The position numbers were made by a program, and so were the translations under genes. The notes below the pieces were generated by a model. That model was not told the DNA's origin, did no database searches, and worked only from the letters and a program-made list of their open reading frames with translations. This document shows, one piece after another, positions 26,001 to 39,641 of a stretch of DNA of 64,000 nt. How positions within the stretch are numbered: the first letter of the stretch is position 1; the number at the start of each line of letters is the position of its first letter. Origin of the DNA: Malacoraja senta (lineage: Eukaryota); NCBI GenBank assembly GCA_038087875.1, contig CM075983.1:24428001-24492000 (forward strand), in the 5' to 3' direction.

Positions 26001-28932
26001 TCGACCACCTTTTCCTCGACCACCTTTTCCTCGACCACCTTCTTTTCCTCGACCACCTTCTTTTCCTCGACCACCTTCTTTTCCTCGACCACCTTCTTTT
26101 TCTCGACCACCTTCTTTTCCTCGACCACCTTCTTTTCCTCGACCACCTTTTCCTCGACCACCTTTTCCTCGACCACCTCCTTTTTCTCAATCACCTTTTC
26201 CTTGATCTCCTCCTTCTTCACTTGTTCCTCTTCGGTGCCGACATTCTTTTCATCGACTTCAATTACATCAGTTTCAATTTCTTTTTCAACAGCCTTAATT
26301 CCTTCTGTTTCTGTTTCCGTTTCAACATATTCAATTAATTCAGTTCCAATTTGCATTTCTGACAATTCAAGGAAATCAGTTTCAATTCCTATTTCAGAAT
26401 ATTGCATTAGCTTTGGTTCCAATTCCTTTTCAGGTAATGCAACCATGTCAGTTTCCATTTCCTTGTCAGACAGTGCTAGTAAATCTGTTTCCACTTCTTT
26501 AGTAGACATTTCAAGCAATTCAGTTTCAACTTCCTTTTCAGACATTTCAAATAATTCCGTTTCAATACCCATCTCAGACAGTTCATATAAGTCTGTTTCA
26601 ATTTCCTTTTCAGACAATTCAACTTCTTCAGTACCAGTTTGATGATCAGCAAGTTCATGAGCTTTGGGAGGAATTTTCTTCTCTTTAACTTCAGGGACAT
26701 CTTGAACGTCCGAGACATCTTGAACATCAGATACATCTTCAACATCGTCAGGGACATCTTGAGGCTTATTAAGGTCTGACCTAATTTCTTCATATTTCTG
26801 AAGCGCTGGATAGATGATGTTGGTCAGTACTCCCACAACAAAAGTTATTATATTCTGAATTAATCTGTTTAGTTCTTCCAAGGTCATCTGTAAAGATCAA
26901 ACACTGTGTTCAGTTTACTTAGGACTTTGTATTACATTTATAGATATGGCATAATTAAGAATAGCAGAAATAAAATACAGTCATATTTTTCAAGTTATTT
27001 ATATGTTTACACTTGAATAAAATAGGGTAGACTTTATCTATCAAGAAGCTGACCATTGCAGTGCAAGAGGTAGATCCTAATAGGGTCAGTCCAGAGGTCC
27101 AGTCCATTTCAAAGGATAGATGTCTTAAAAATACTTGGAATAGGCTATGGATGCTAAGCAGATTCCAATGCACTTCATCAGCTCTGAGATGGGGTCCTAT
27201 TGGATAGCCAAGAGATGACTTGGTTGTGAGAAAGGTACACCAAACAGGACATGACAATCATAAGTTAAGCCACCAGCCACTTCTGCAGCTCATAGAAATT
27301 GTAGCACGTAATATTTTTATGTCCTGTTATATTACCAAGTTTCACTCCATAGACTCCCAACAGCATGGAATGATTAGTGGATGGTTAATATAGCATGGGG
27401 TCCTATATGTGTTTGCACAGATTAATTAGACTCCAACTTTCAAGTGGTATACCCCAGATGCGCAGCAGCAGGTGCTGGAAAAATGAATGTAGTGTGAATG
27501 AGGCAGTATCTACTCCCACTTTCATAATATTTAAATTAGTTTCTTTCAAATGTTTTCAAGTTAGTTTCTTTCATTTGTTTCTTTCAAATGCTTGATATGT
27601 TTTCTATCATTAGCTTGCTCAAAGGCATTTTGCTGGGATATGAGGTTAGATATCAAGAAAGCATTGGTCTGCATAGCACAGAAATGGGCAACTGTTATAC
27701 TTATCGTCACTCAAACCATTTGCCTGCATCAGGCTTGCATCCTTCTCCGCCTTTCCTATACAAATTCCATTGCAATTAGATGTCTGCCTCTACCACCTCC
27801 TCTGCAGCACATTCCAGATAACCACCACCCTCCAACCTCCTCTGCAGCACATTCCAGATAACCACCACCCTCCTTGTGAAAAATGTACTGCTCAGATCTC
27901 CTATAAATTTCTCCCCTCTTACCATAAACCTGTGCCCTTGAGTTCTTGACTCCCATATCCTGGGAGAAAGACTATATCTATTCAATCAATTCCCCCATAA
28001 TTTTATAAACCTTCATAAGGTTATCCCTCAGTCGTATTTTCAATGCAATAAACTATCCAATCTTTCCTTATAATTACAGATCTCATTCCATGTTGCACTG
28101 GGGCCTTCCTCTGGGGCACAGCGGAAAGAGTGAAGTGAGGCAGAGCCATTGTAATCATTAGTAAGGGCACAGATATGAGATTCTGTGGCAACAAGAAGTA
28201 GCCAGATGTTGTTTTGCTTGTTGGCACCAATGACATAGGTAGAAAAAAGGATGAGGTTTAGCGGAGTGAATATAGGGAATTAAGCAAATAGGTTAAAGAG
28301 CAAGAATGAGGATTAGTCAACTTTTACTCCCGGTGCCATTAGTGGGTTTCAGATTTTTGGACTATTGGGATTTCTTTAGGAGTAGCACAAGAGGGTTATG
28401 AACATGAACTGAGGGAGGACAAATATCCTTACTGAAAGCTTTGCTTATGCTACACCAGAGATTTTAAACGAGGGTGGCAGGAAGTTGGGAACCAAAGTAG
28501 AAGGTCAGTAAATGGGAGGACAGATGAGAAGGTAGAGGATTGAAGGAGTAAGTCTCAAAGGAAGGACAGGCAGGGATAGGTTAAGGAATATGGTTAAACT
28601 GATGGAGCTGAAGTGTGTTTATTTCAATGCAAGGAGTGTTGTGGGTAAAGCAGATGAACTGAGTGCCTGGATCAGTGCTTGGGACAATGATGTAGACATT
28701 ATGGAGACTTGTTTGTGAGAGGGACATGTCTGGCAGCTTAACGTTCCGGAGTTTTGATGCTTCTGATGTAATAAAGAGAGGTACAAGTGGTGGAGTTGCT
28801 TTATGAATCAGAGAGAATGTTATGGTGGCACTCAAAGAGGACATACTGGAGAGATTGTTAACTGAGATGATATAGGTAGAGCTAAAAAATAAGAAAGGTG
28901 TAATCACTCTAATAGGATCGTACTATTACCCC

Positions 28933-28963
<31 letters not shown>

Positions 28964-31900
28964 ACAATAGCCAGCGGGAGATGAGGGAACAGATATGTAG
29001 GCTGATTATAGAAAGTTGCAAAAGGAACAGGGTTTTCATTGTGGGTGATTGTAGTTTCCCCAATATTGACTGGATATTAGTTTAGTTTATTATTGTCATG
29101 TTTACCGAGGTACAGTCAAAAGCTTTTGTTTGCGTGCTATTCAGTCAGAAAAAAGACTATACATGAATACAGTCAAGCCATCCACAGTGCACAGATAAAG
29201 GATAAGGGTACAACATTCAGGGTAAGATATAACAATGAAGTCTGCTTAAAGATAGTTCAAAGTTCTTAGTGCAAAAGGCTTAGATGGGGCAGAATTACTT
29301 AGGTGTATCCAAAAGGGTTTCCTAAAAATGTATGTGGACAGTCCAACTTGAGGAGGGACCATGCTGGACCTGGCATTGGGAAACATGCCTCGCCAGCTGA
29401 CTGGTGTTTCAGTGGAAGGGCACTTTGGGGATAGTGATCACAACTCCATAATTTTTAAGATTGTTTTGAATAAGGATAAATTTGGACCTTGGGGAAGGTG
29501 CCTCAGGATCTTTTTCAATAAGTTCCCTTCTACCTATGTAAAGCTTGCCTACCTCTGGTTTAAGGCTTAACCTTACTGCCCTTTCTGAATGAGGGGACAA
29601 CATTAGAGATCTACCAGTCTTCTGGTGACTCACCCAAGCCAAACGAAAATGCAAAAGCCTCTGTCAGAACCCCAGTCATCTCTTCCCTTATGATTTTGCT
29701 ATAATTGCAGTAAAATTTATATCTATTTTGTAACAAATAACGTAGTACGGTACACGACATTGAGCATAAAATTATCTTCAACAAAACCCTATATACTCTA
29801 CAAAAAGTGACAGTGGGAAGAACAGTGAATGATCACTGGTCTTCTCTAGTCAGAACCACAACAGGAGGAATGGCAACAATTGCAGAAAGGAATGAGCTTC
29901 AGGTAGCAAGACCTCAAAAGGGACAAGGAGCCAAAGCTGGTTGAAAAAAATGTGCAACTTGCTGAATAGAAGAAACCATCTAGAGCAAGCTTTAATGCAC
30001 AGCAGCAAGGAACCAAACTGAAAAGTTACAAGAGGAGGAAGCTCCAGTGAATGTTGTGAACTCTCTGGTGAAGGGGAAATTAATATAATTGATAAAGAAT
30101 CAAAATAGGGCTAAATTTTAAGCAAAAATGCTATTTTTTATATTTCCAAAATGCATACTTGACTGGACAATTCAGTGCTGAATAAAACATGATAGAACTA
30201 TGACAAGAGTCCTCAAAAAGCTGCAGGCCTTAATAATTGCATTGAATTGCAACAGGAAACCTCCTAACTCTTTTAGCAGCAGTATGTTGAGTTACAGGTT
30301 TTTGTATAAAAAAATCGTGTCTTCATTTTTTTGTACGCCACATTAAACAGGCAACATGAGCACACACAAATAGTATGAACCTGACTACTAATAACATTTT
30401 CATGTCATTTTTGCAAGTGACAAAACATACTAAAGTAATAATGTACAGTCATTTACTTTCTTAATACCCACACAACTATGTAAAACTGTACAATAACATG
30501 GAACGATTTAAACGCACCATAGGCTTTGTAGGAGCTTTTTCTTGAACCACTGCAAATTCAGGGGCTAATGCACATTCACCTGGAAAGAAACAAATATCAA
30601 GTCTTTAACAAAACAGCTACTTTTAAGAACTTTTAAGAACTTTAATGAATTAGTTAGAATTCTCAGGTGATCCCAAAATAAAGATTTCCTATGGAATTTT
30701 CAGATGGATTCCCTAAGGCAATCAAAGGGAGTGTGGATCTAAAAAGACTAATGCTTGAAATGGAATTCCCAGTTGTCCAATATGAAGTTCCATAAATGTA
30801 GAATGTGATGTTTAATAGGATCTGATATAAAGAGTAAACATTTAAATTGCATGGCCACAAATACTAGAAGTCAAGGAATGGACGCAGTCATTCAAATGTA
30901 AGTATATTTTAGTTATTTTTATATATTTTTTCCAGCTAGCATTCAGTTTATCAGAAGCGTTTGTGCCCATTGAGACAAAAGATCACAAGGGCATAAGAGT
31001 GATTAGGTATCTTTGAATTGTTGAGAATGGAAAAAATGACTGTTCCACAGTAAATGAGGGAACAGAAGTACATTAGGTGGAAAATCATTCTAACCAGCTC
31101 AATGTGAGGTAATTCTTAACCATCAAGAAAAGACAATGGGCCAAGAATTTTTGCAAGAGTAGTGCAAAACATTTAATTAATAATTAACAAATGTTCTGAG
31201 AATTAAGTTGGAAAAATAATCTCTGTCACTTAACTATCCCCATAAAACTACCTGTCTGAATAATTCAAAGGCACATTAAAATAAATGACTAGTTTAATCC
31301 TCTCTAAGGGAGTCACTGAAAATGTGTGTTGCAGGATTTATTTCACGGGTAATAAATCTCTGTGTCGATGTCAACAACAAAAAAGAAACATCGGTGCAAA
31401 ATACATGATTCAGTTGAGCTATTGGTAAGCAAATCGAAATCCAAACTGAGCAAATCCGAACATTATAAAGCAACATGAGTAAAGCTTTATGCTCTTCCAA
31501 CTCGGATGTCCCACATAATCATGCAATTTCACCAGAAAATTAAAGGAAGATTTCTTGGTTTCGGCAAACAAGAAATGTATTCTGTCTATTGCCATTATTT
31601 TACCTCTGGATAGACGGGCCCATTTCTCATCCAAACATCTTGGGTCAGGTTTCTTCACTTTTTTCACTTTTTGGGAATTTTAAGAAAAAGATAAGTTAGT
31701 GGACCTGCAACTTCATAAAAGATTGGTGAAATATAATACACATAATACATATTTAGCATCATTTTCCTTAATGCAATCCATCAGATGAACATTGTTCCCA
31801 AGCAGCTCATCCAACAGAGTTTGACAGAATTTTTCTTGTCATACTTCTTTCAGTTACTCCAAGGTCTAGCTCTAGAAAAAACAGCTTGATCTCACTGGCA

Positions 31901-34900
31901 CCAATTTATATAACATTTTTTAAAGACTGTTTTGTACTCTGTTTCCATCAGGTTTCTTCTCCACTATTGATGTAAATTTCCAGCAACATCTTACTTGTTG
32001 CTGGAAATCACCACAGAAAGAGGCTCTTCAGCCCTTCGGGTGGGGTCAAGGAAAGAGCGTTCACGTCGCGGCCCCGTTTCCACCAATCTTTCCACCACCA
32101 CGTACAAGAAGCGCAAGGCGAACACCATTGTATGCAGATGCCGAGAAGTGTGTTCAGCTCTGGCTGAACAACTTCTAATCTTGTGTGTGGACTCGAGAAG
32201 AAGAAGAAGCCCTTCGGGTCCAAGACAGTTACCAGCAAAGCAATCCTATCAGTCCCATTTCCCCTCTTCTTGTTTCCATAGTGCTTACATGCAGAGTATG
32301 TGTTTGATTACTTTGGAAAATCCCCTTCAACAAGTAGCTCCCATACTCTATTTTTTGCATTCCTGTTGCTAACCATAATGGAAAATATCATGCTGAAGAG
32401 TGGAAATTTACCAGAGATTGTGTTCATGTTTGCCATGCAAGTTACTTGTTGAGCAGATAAAGTGTGAAAACATTTTCTTCACCCTAAATATTCAACCCAT
32501 CCAATACTGGCACAACATAACTGCTGAGAGAAACAATCTACAAAAAGGTTTAGCTTAGTTTAGAGATACAGCATGGCAACAGGCGCTTCGGCCCATGGAA
32601 GTATAGAGACAACAGATACATGAGAAGTCTACAATTACAAGCTCCCTTGCAAGTCACACACCCGTGACCTGGAAATGTATCTCCATGCCTTCATCATTTG
32701 GGGTGGCTCAGTGGTGAAGGGGTGGCACAGTTGTGCAGCGGTAGAGTTGCAGTCTTACAGTGCTTGAAACCTGGGTTTGATCCTGACCTTGAGTGTTGCC
32801 TGTATGGAGTATGTATGTTCTCCCTGTGCTCCAGTTTCCTCCCACATCCCAAAACGTGCAGGTTTTTAGGTTAATTGACTTCAATAAATTGTCCCTTGTG
32901 TGCAGGTTAGAACTGATGTACAGATGATCACTGGTCCATGTGCACTCAGTGGACTGAGGGGCCTGTTTCCACACTGTATCTCTGACTAAACTAATCACTG
33001 AGGTCAATTATTGGAACTCACAAGCAAGTGGAATTGTGGGAGAACTTTCACAACATGGATTTAATTATTCAGCCTCCTGTCACTTTCCCACGACAAGTTG
33101 TGTCCAAGAAACTACTGGATTGTGGTAAAAACCCTTCGGATTTCACAAATATTCTTCAGGAAATGAAACTGCCAATACTAGCCTTTGCCTATTGAAGTAA
33201 CATAGCAAAGCACTCAATTCAAACAGCATTTTGGGAAGGACAATAACTGTTGACTTTAAGCCTCAGTTATATGCTGTGAAGAAATAAAAACAAAATTGGG
33301 GTGGGTTGGTATTGTCCTCATAAGCATTAAGAGAGAAGTAAAACTAATTAGTTACCTCTTTTAACCTTGGATTCACCATCTCCACGGTCACGAACTTCTC
33401 CTCTGCATCGATCGTACTGCTCTTGTCGTTCAATAAACTCACGGAGTTTTTGAATTTGGTGGTCCATTTTCTTTTCAAATGATTCTTGCCTCTATCAAAA
33501 TAAAATATACCACCATAGATAATTACTTCAGACAGAAATGTGATACACCTACTGAATAACATGATAATATCTCAAATTTCCAAATATCCTGACTCATGTT
33601 TAAAATGTGCTCTCATAATTAATACAGCATAGTGCATAGCACTAAAAACAATGAGCACATTCCGGGCCCAATCTCCCACCACTGGCGCTGTCGTGCAGTA
33701 AGTTGCCATCTTGTGTATAAACACTTATTTTCAAAACTTTGAAAATATTATGGATCAGAAAAACTTTCCATCCTTAAACTTAGATTAGTACCCTTAAGAA
33801 GCCGAGCCCATCCACCAAAAACATACCCTTCTCGCCCTATCTTCCTTAGCTTTTCTTCTTAGCTTTTCCAGATTAAATTCACTCTTTACATCTTCTTCAA
33901 GTCGCATCAAAACTGACCTCTCCTTTATATTCAGCTCCTGATTAAAACAAAAACAGAAATTAGTGGTAACATTTGTATCCCTGGTGCACATGCTCAACTC
34001 TGATTCAATTGCTGATAGGTAGAAAAGAAACAAAAGTTGAACCCGGGAGAAATCAGGAGCTCAACAATTTTTGAATGGTGGTCCATTGAATTTTTAAAAA
34101 TCCGGAAACTAGAAATGGCTAAACTGCGGGGAGTCAGATTGGCGAGCAGGAAGAGGTGGATTGTGCAAGTCAGGGTGTCGTGGCTTAGGGGATTGAGGGT
34201 TCAAGTACTTTGGGAAGATCAGAAAATGATAGTGCAGTACAGAAGTTTTGCTGAGGGATGAAATTAAGTCAATAGCAGACCTTGCAAGTATCTTAGATCA
34301 GTGTGGCTTTGGGAAAGCAAGTTTGTCTAGGAGTGTGCAATGACAGGCATTTCCAGGACAAAATGGGCCAAGGTCTCATGCAATGCTGCAGTAGGACCAT
34401 TTAATGGAGAATATTGTTATTCCATTTGCTTTGATGAAGAAATCAGGTCAGCGGCTCAATGACTTGATATTAGCTCAATATACACTGATCCAATCAATCA
34501 CATTATCTTACTCTTTCTCTACTGCTCTATAAATTATATCCTTCAAAGTCCCTTCCAAAAGTTTAAATTAATTTGCTTCAATGACTCGAACAAGCAAAGA
34601 ATTCCACAAATATGTTCCCATGAGAATACAGAATACAGCCTGTTCAATTTCTTATTGAATTATTAATTCATTTTACAGTATTTTACAATACAGGGAAAGG
34701 GTATCATCCCCAGACACCATGCATTAGTGAAGGACTTGCAAAATTTAAAGTAAAGAAAGTATGAACAGAAATAATGGCACTAAAGAGAGTCTATAATCTA
34801 AAGCGTCAGATTGTTTCCATCGCAGACTCTTAAATTAGGTGAGTACATTGCAAATGATCCAAGATTAAATCTCCATATCTTCCAAAGTTTTCTCAATTTA

Positions 34901-37900
34901 GGCAACAGTCACTTAGACTGAAAAAACAATGCACTTCTCAATTTAACATATCAGAAATGTGTGAGAAGCAAATAATGGGGAACTATAAATCAGTTAACCT
35001 TACATTTATTGTTGGGTAAAATTACATGATTCTCTAATGAAGTGACAAAATTTTCAGTTGATTTAAGGCAACTACCAAAGGCCACAAATAAAAAATTCAA
35101 TCTGATTTTATTAAATTGGTAACTAAAGTCAACAAGGAAATATAAATTGAAATGATTTGTGTGAACGTTTAGATGGCATTTGATCGTCTCTCATGATAGA
35201 CTGCTAAAGTTGAAGTCATGGAATTTAAGTTGAATTATCGAACAATTGGGGAATTGGCAGACCTCGACTGGAAATGGACAGGTACTCATATACTCAAGGA
35301 ATCTGTGGTGAGGCAAATATTTACTCGATTTATAATTATTTAGATGATGGAACATCAGGGCAGCACGGGGCACAATGGTAGAGATGCTGCCTTAAAGCGC
35401 CAGAGACCCAGGTTCGATGCTGACCACATGTGCTGTCTGTGCGGAGTTTGTACGTTCGCCCTGTGACCACGTGGGTTTTCTCTGGGTGCTCTGGTCTCCT
35501 CCCACACTCCAAAGATGTGCAGATTTGTAGGTTATGGTAATTGGCTTTGATAAAATTGTAAATCGTCCCTAGTGTGTAGGATAGTCCTAGTGTACGGGGT
35601 GAGCGCTGGTCGGCGTGGACTTGAGGGGCCGAACAACCTGTTTCCGCGTTGTATTTCTAAAGACTAAATAGAAAATTTCATATTGAAATTCACTGATTAC
35701 ACTGACAGGCAAATCAGTGAGCATTACATGCAGATTGAAGCATTAGATTACAAAAAATATAGTTCACTTTGCAACATCACCATTGGTCAATCTTCACTGA
35801 TTTCTCAACTTGTTGCTACCCTCTGACAGCACTACCCAGAAATTGAACAACAATTTCCATGTGTAAACTGGTGATTCTTGGCTTTCCCTCACCACTAATT
35901 CTCTTTATCAAAATTTCTGCCAAATAAATAATAGAAAGACCAAACCTATCATCTTCAGTTTCTGTGACAAATTCCATTCCACAAACACTCACTCCACCCT
36001 CTTCCTCACAACTCTCTGAATTGAAGCAGAATCTACACAACTGTCGTATTGATCCAGATTTTAAACCACATCGCATAATTTCCAGACCATCCAATTCCCC
36101 CTCCAGAGCACTGATCAATTCTGCACCTCTATCAGCTCATCCAGTGATAAAAATTTCATTTTTACCTTGAGACCAGACTATTCTTATGAACTACTGACTT
36201 ACCCATCTCATTTTACTCTCGATAAATTTAAGGACACCCAAAACTCTGCCGCCCATCTCCCACTTTGCACGTTTCTACCTCACTTCAATTATTGTCGATC
36301 TGCACTGGTGCCAGATTACCCCAAATTCTGTATTTAAAGTTTGCATTCACATCTTCATAACTGTCCCACCATATAATTGCAATATCCTCCCATCCTATAC
36401 ACTCCAATATATTTGTTCTCTTCAGCATCCCATTGTACCACCACTGGCAACTATGTCTTTAACTCCAAGCCTCTAACACTAGAATTTCCGACCCAACAAC
36501 CTTTCTCAACTTCTCTACCCACCTATAAAATATTTTTTCAACTAGATCTTCAGTTATCTGATCTGATATCTCCTTATTTTGGCTCAGTATCAATGGTTTG
36601 ATAACATACTTGTGAAGTGTGGCAGAATGAATCATTTTTTTAAAAGTATAAATTGTTTTTTGTGGTAATGCACCCAAAACAACAGAAGAACAATGGTGAA
36701 AAGCAGTGATGATCCAGAGAGTCTTGAGTATACAGTTACACACAGGCCCATCACCGATTTTCCAGCACCCTTGGTTAGAAAGTATTGCTGGATTATCCAT
36801 TTTACCAGACAAACAGAGGTCACAGTCTCCATGAGGAGTCAAACACCTAGAGAGGGGGGGAACAGTCCACTTATCCGCTGGTGATTCGAGATACCAGCCT
36901 GCAAAGCCAGCCTTGGAAGTCAGCTATGGGAACGGATCTGCCGGCTATGGGCCGGAGTTCCAGAACCCCAGCTGCAGGGGGCAAATTCGACCCACCAATT
37001 GACTGCAGAAGTCCCAATGAGGTTGAGATTGGCCACCTCAACCGGCCCAGATGCCACATAATTTGGGGGGACTTCTGGGGGGGGGGGGGGGTTCAAGTGC
37101 GTTCTTGTAATTTTGTGCAGATTAAAGGAGGTTCCCAGACCTCCAGTTGCTGGAAAATCAGTGATGGACCTATATAGTTCATTAAAGTCTCATACAACTC
37201 ATTTCAAACNNNNNNNNNNNNNNNNNNNNNNNNNNNNNNNNNNNNNNNNNNNNNNNNNNNNNNNNNNNNNNNNNNNNNNNNNNNNNNNNNNNNNNNNNNN
37301 NNNNNNNNNNNNNNNNNNNNNNNNNNNNNNNNNNNNNNNNNNNNNNNNNNNNNNNNNNNNNNNNNNNNNNNNNNNNNNNNNNNNNNNNNNNNNNNNNNNN
37401 NNNNNNNNNTACATCTTCAACATCGTCAGGGACATCTTGAGGCTTATTAAGGTCTGACCTAATTTCTTCATATTTCTGAAGCGCTGGATAGATGATGTTG
37501 GTCAGTACTCCCACAACAAAAGTTATTATATTCTGAATTAATCTGTTTAGTTCTTCCAAGGTCATCTGTAAAGATCAAACACTGTGTTCAGTTTACTTAG
37601 GACTTTGTATTACATTTATAGATATGGCATAATTAAGAATAGCAGAAATAAAATACAGTCATATTTTTCAAGTTATTTATATGTTTACACTTGAATAAAA
37701 TAGGGTAGACTTTATCTATCAAGAAGCTGACCATTGCAGTGCAAGAGGTAGATCCTAATAGGGTCAGTCCAGAGGTCCAGTCCATTTCAAAGGATAGATG
37801 TCTTAAAAATACTTGGAATAGGCTATGGATGCTAAGCAGATTCCAATGCACTTCATCAGCTCTGAGATGGGGTCCTATTGGATAGCCAAGAGATGACTTG

Positions 37901-39610
37901 GTTGTGAGAAAGGTACACCAAACAGGACATGACAATCATAAGTTAAGCCACCAGCCACTTCTGCAGCTCATAGAAATTGTAGCACGTAATATTTTTATGT
38001 CCTGTTATATTACCAAGTTTCACTCCATAGACTCCCAACAGCATGGAATGATTAGTGGATGGTTAATATAGCATGGGGTCCTATATGTGTTTGCACAGAT
38101 TAATTAGACTCCAACTTTCAAGTGGTATACCCCAGATGCGCAGCAGCAGGTGCTGGAAAAATGAATGTAGTGTGAATGAGGCAGTATCTACTCCCACTTT
38201 CATAATATTTAAATTAGTTTCTTTCAAATGTTTTCAAGTTAGTTTCTTTCATTTGTTTCTTTCAAATGCTTGATATGTTTTCTATCATTAGCTTGCTCAA
38301 AGGCATTTTGCTGGGATATGAGGTTAGATATCAAGAAAGCATTGGTCTGCATAGCACAGAAATGGGCAACTGTTATACTTATCGTCACTCAAACCATTTG
38401 CCTGCATCAGGCTTGCATCCTTCTCCGCCTTTCCTATACAAATTCCATTGCAATTAGATGTCTGCCTCTACCACCTCCTCTGCAGCACATTCCAGATAAC
38501 CACCACCCTCCAACCTCCTCTGCAGCACATTCCAGATAACCACCACCCTCCTTGTGAAAAATGTACTGCTCAGATCTCCTATAAATTTCTCCCCTCTTAC
38601 CATAAACCTGTGCCCTTGAGTTCTTGACTCCCATATCCTGGGAGAAAGACTATATCTATTCAATCAATTCCCCCATAATTTTATAAACCTTCATAAGGTT
38701 ATCCCTCAGTCGTATTTTCAATGCAATAAACTATCCAATCTTTCCTTATAATTACAGATCTCATTCCATGTTGCACTGGGGCCTTCCTCTGGGGCACAGC
38801 GGAAAGAGTGAAGTGAGGCAGAGCCATTGTAATCATTAGTAAGGGCACAGATATGAGATTCTGTGGCAACAAGAAGTAGCCAGATGTTGTTTTGCTTGTT
38901 GGCACCAATGACATAGGTAGAAAAAAGGATGAGGTTTAGCGGAGTGAATATAGGGAATTAAGCAAATAGGTTAAAGAGCAAGAATGAGGATTAGTCAACT
39001 TTTACTCCCGGTGCCATTAGTGGGTTTCAGATTTTTGGACTATTGGGATTTCTTTAGGAGTAGCACAAGAGGGTTATGAACATGAACTGAGGGAGGACAA
39101 ATATCCTTACTGAAAGCTTTGCTTATGCTACACCAGAGATTTTAAACGAGGGTGGCAGGAAGTTGGGAACCAAAGTAGAAGGTCAGTAAATGGGAGGACA
39201 GATGAGAAGGTAGAGGATTGAAGGAGTAAGTCTCAAAGGAAGGACAGGCAGGGATAGGTTAAGGAATATGGTTAAACTGATGGAGCTGAAGTGTGTTTAT
39301 TTCAATGCAAGGAGTGTTGTGGGTAAAGCAGATGAACTGAGTGCCTGGATCAGTGCTTGGGACAATGATGTAGACATTATGGAGACTTGTTTGTGAGAGG
39401 GACATGTCTGGCAGCTTAACGTTCCGGAGTTTTGATGCTTCTGATGTAATAAAGAGAGGTACAAGTGGTGGAGTTGCTTTATGAATCAGAGAGAATGTTA
39501 TGGTGGCACTCAAAGAGGACATACTGGAGAGATTGTTAACTGAGATGATATAGGTAGAGCTAAAAAATAAGAAAGGTGTAATCACTCTAATAGGATCGTA
39601 CTATTACCCC

Positions 39611-39641
<31 letters not shown>

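Larger units (their letters stand above)
26732..37209. repeat. Copy 1 of a 10,478-bp direct duplication
   Basis: Every ORF recurs at +10,678 with identical translation; this copy ends at the gap. Confidence 0.95.

Noticed and set aside
25413-26642. Plus-strand ORFs (FLDHL and SSTTF repeats) and the RKRRWS ORF
   Set aside because: Antisense or alternative-frame shadows of the exon 10 VNTR.
10339-26887. The 1790-aa and 1463-aa ORFs as separate single-exon genes
   Set aside because: Both have phase-compatible splice sites and carry parts of the same FSIP2 protein.
35790-36600. Possible ancient L2-like remnant
   Set aside because: Too degraded to support a family call.
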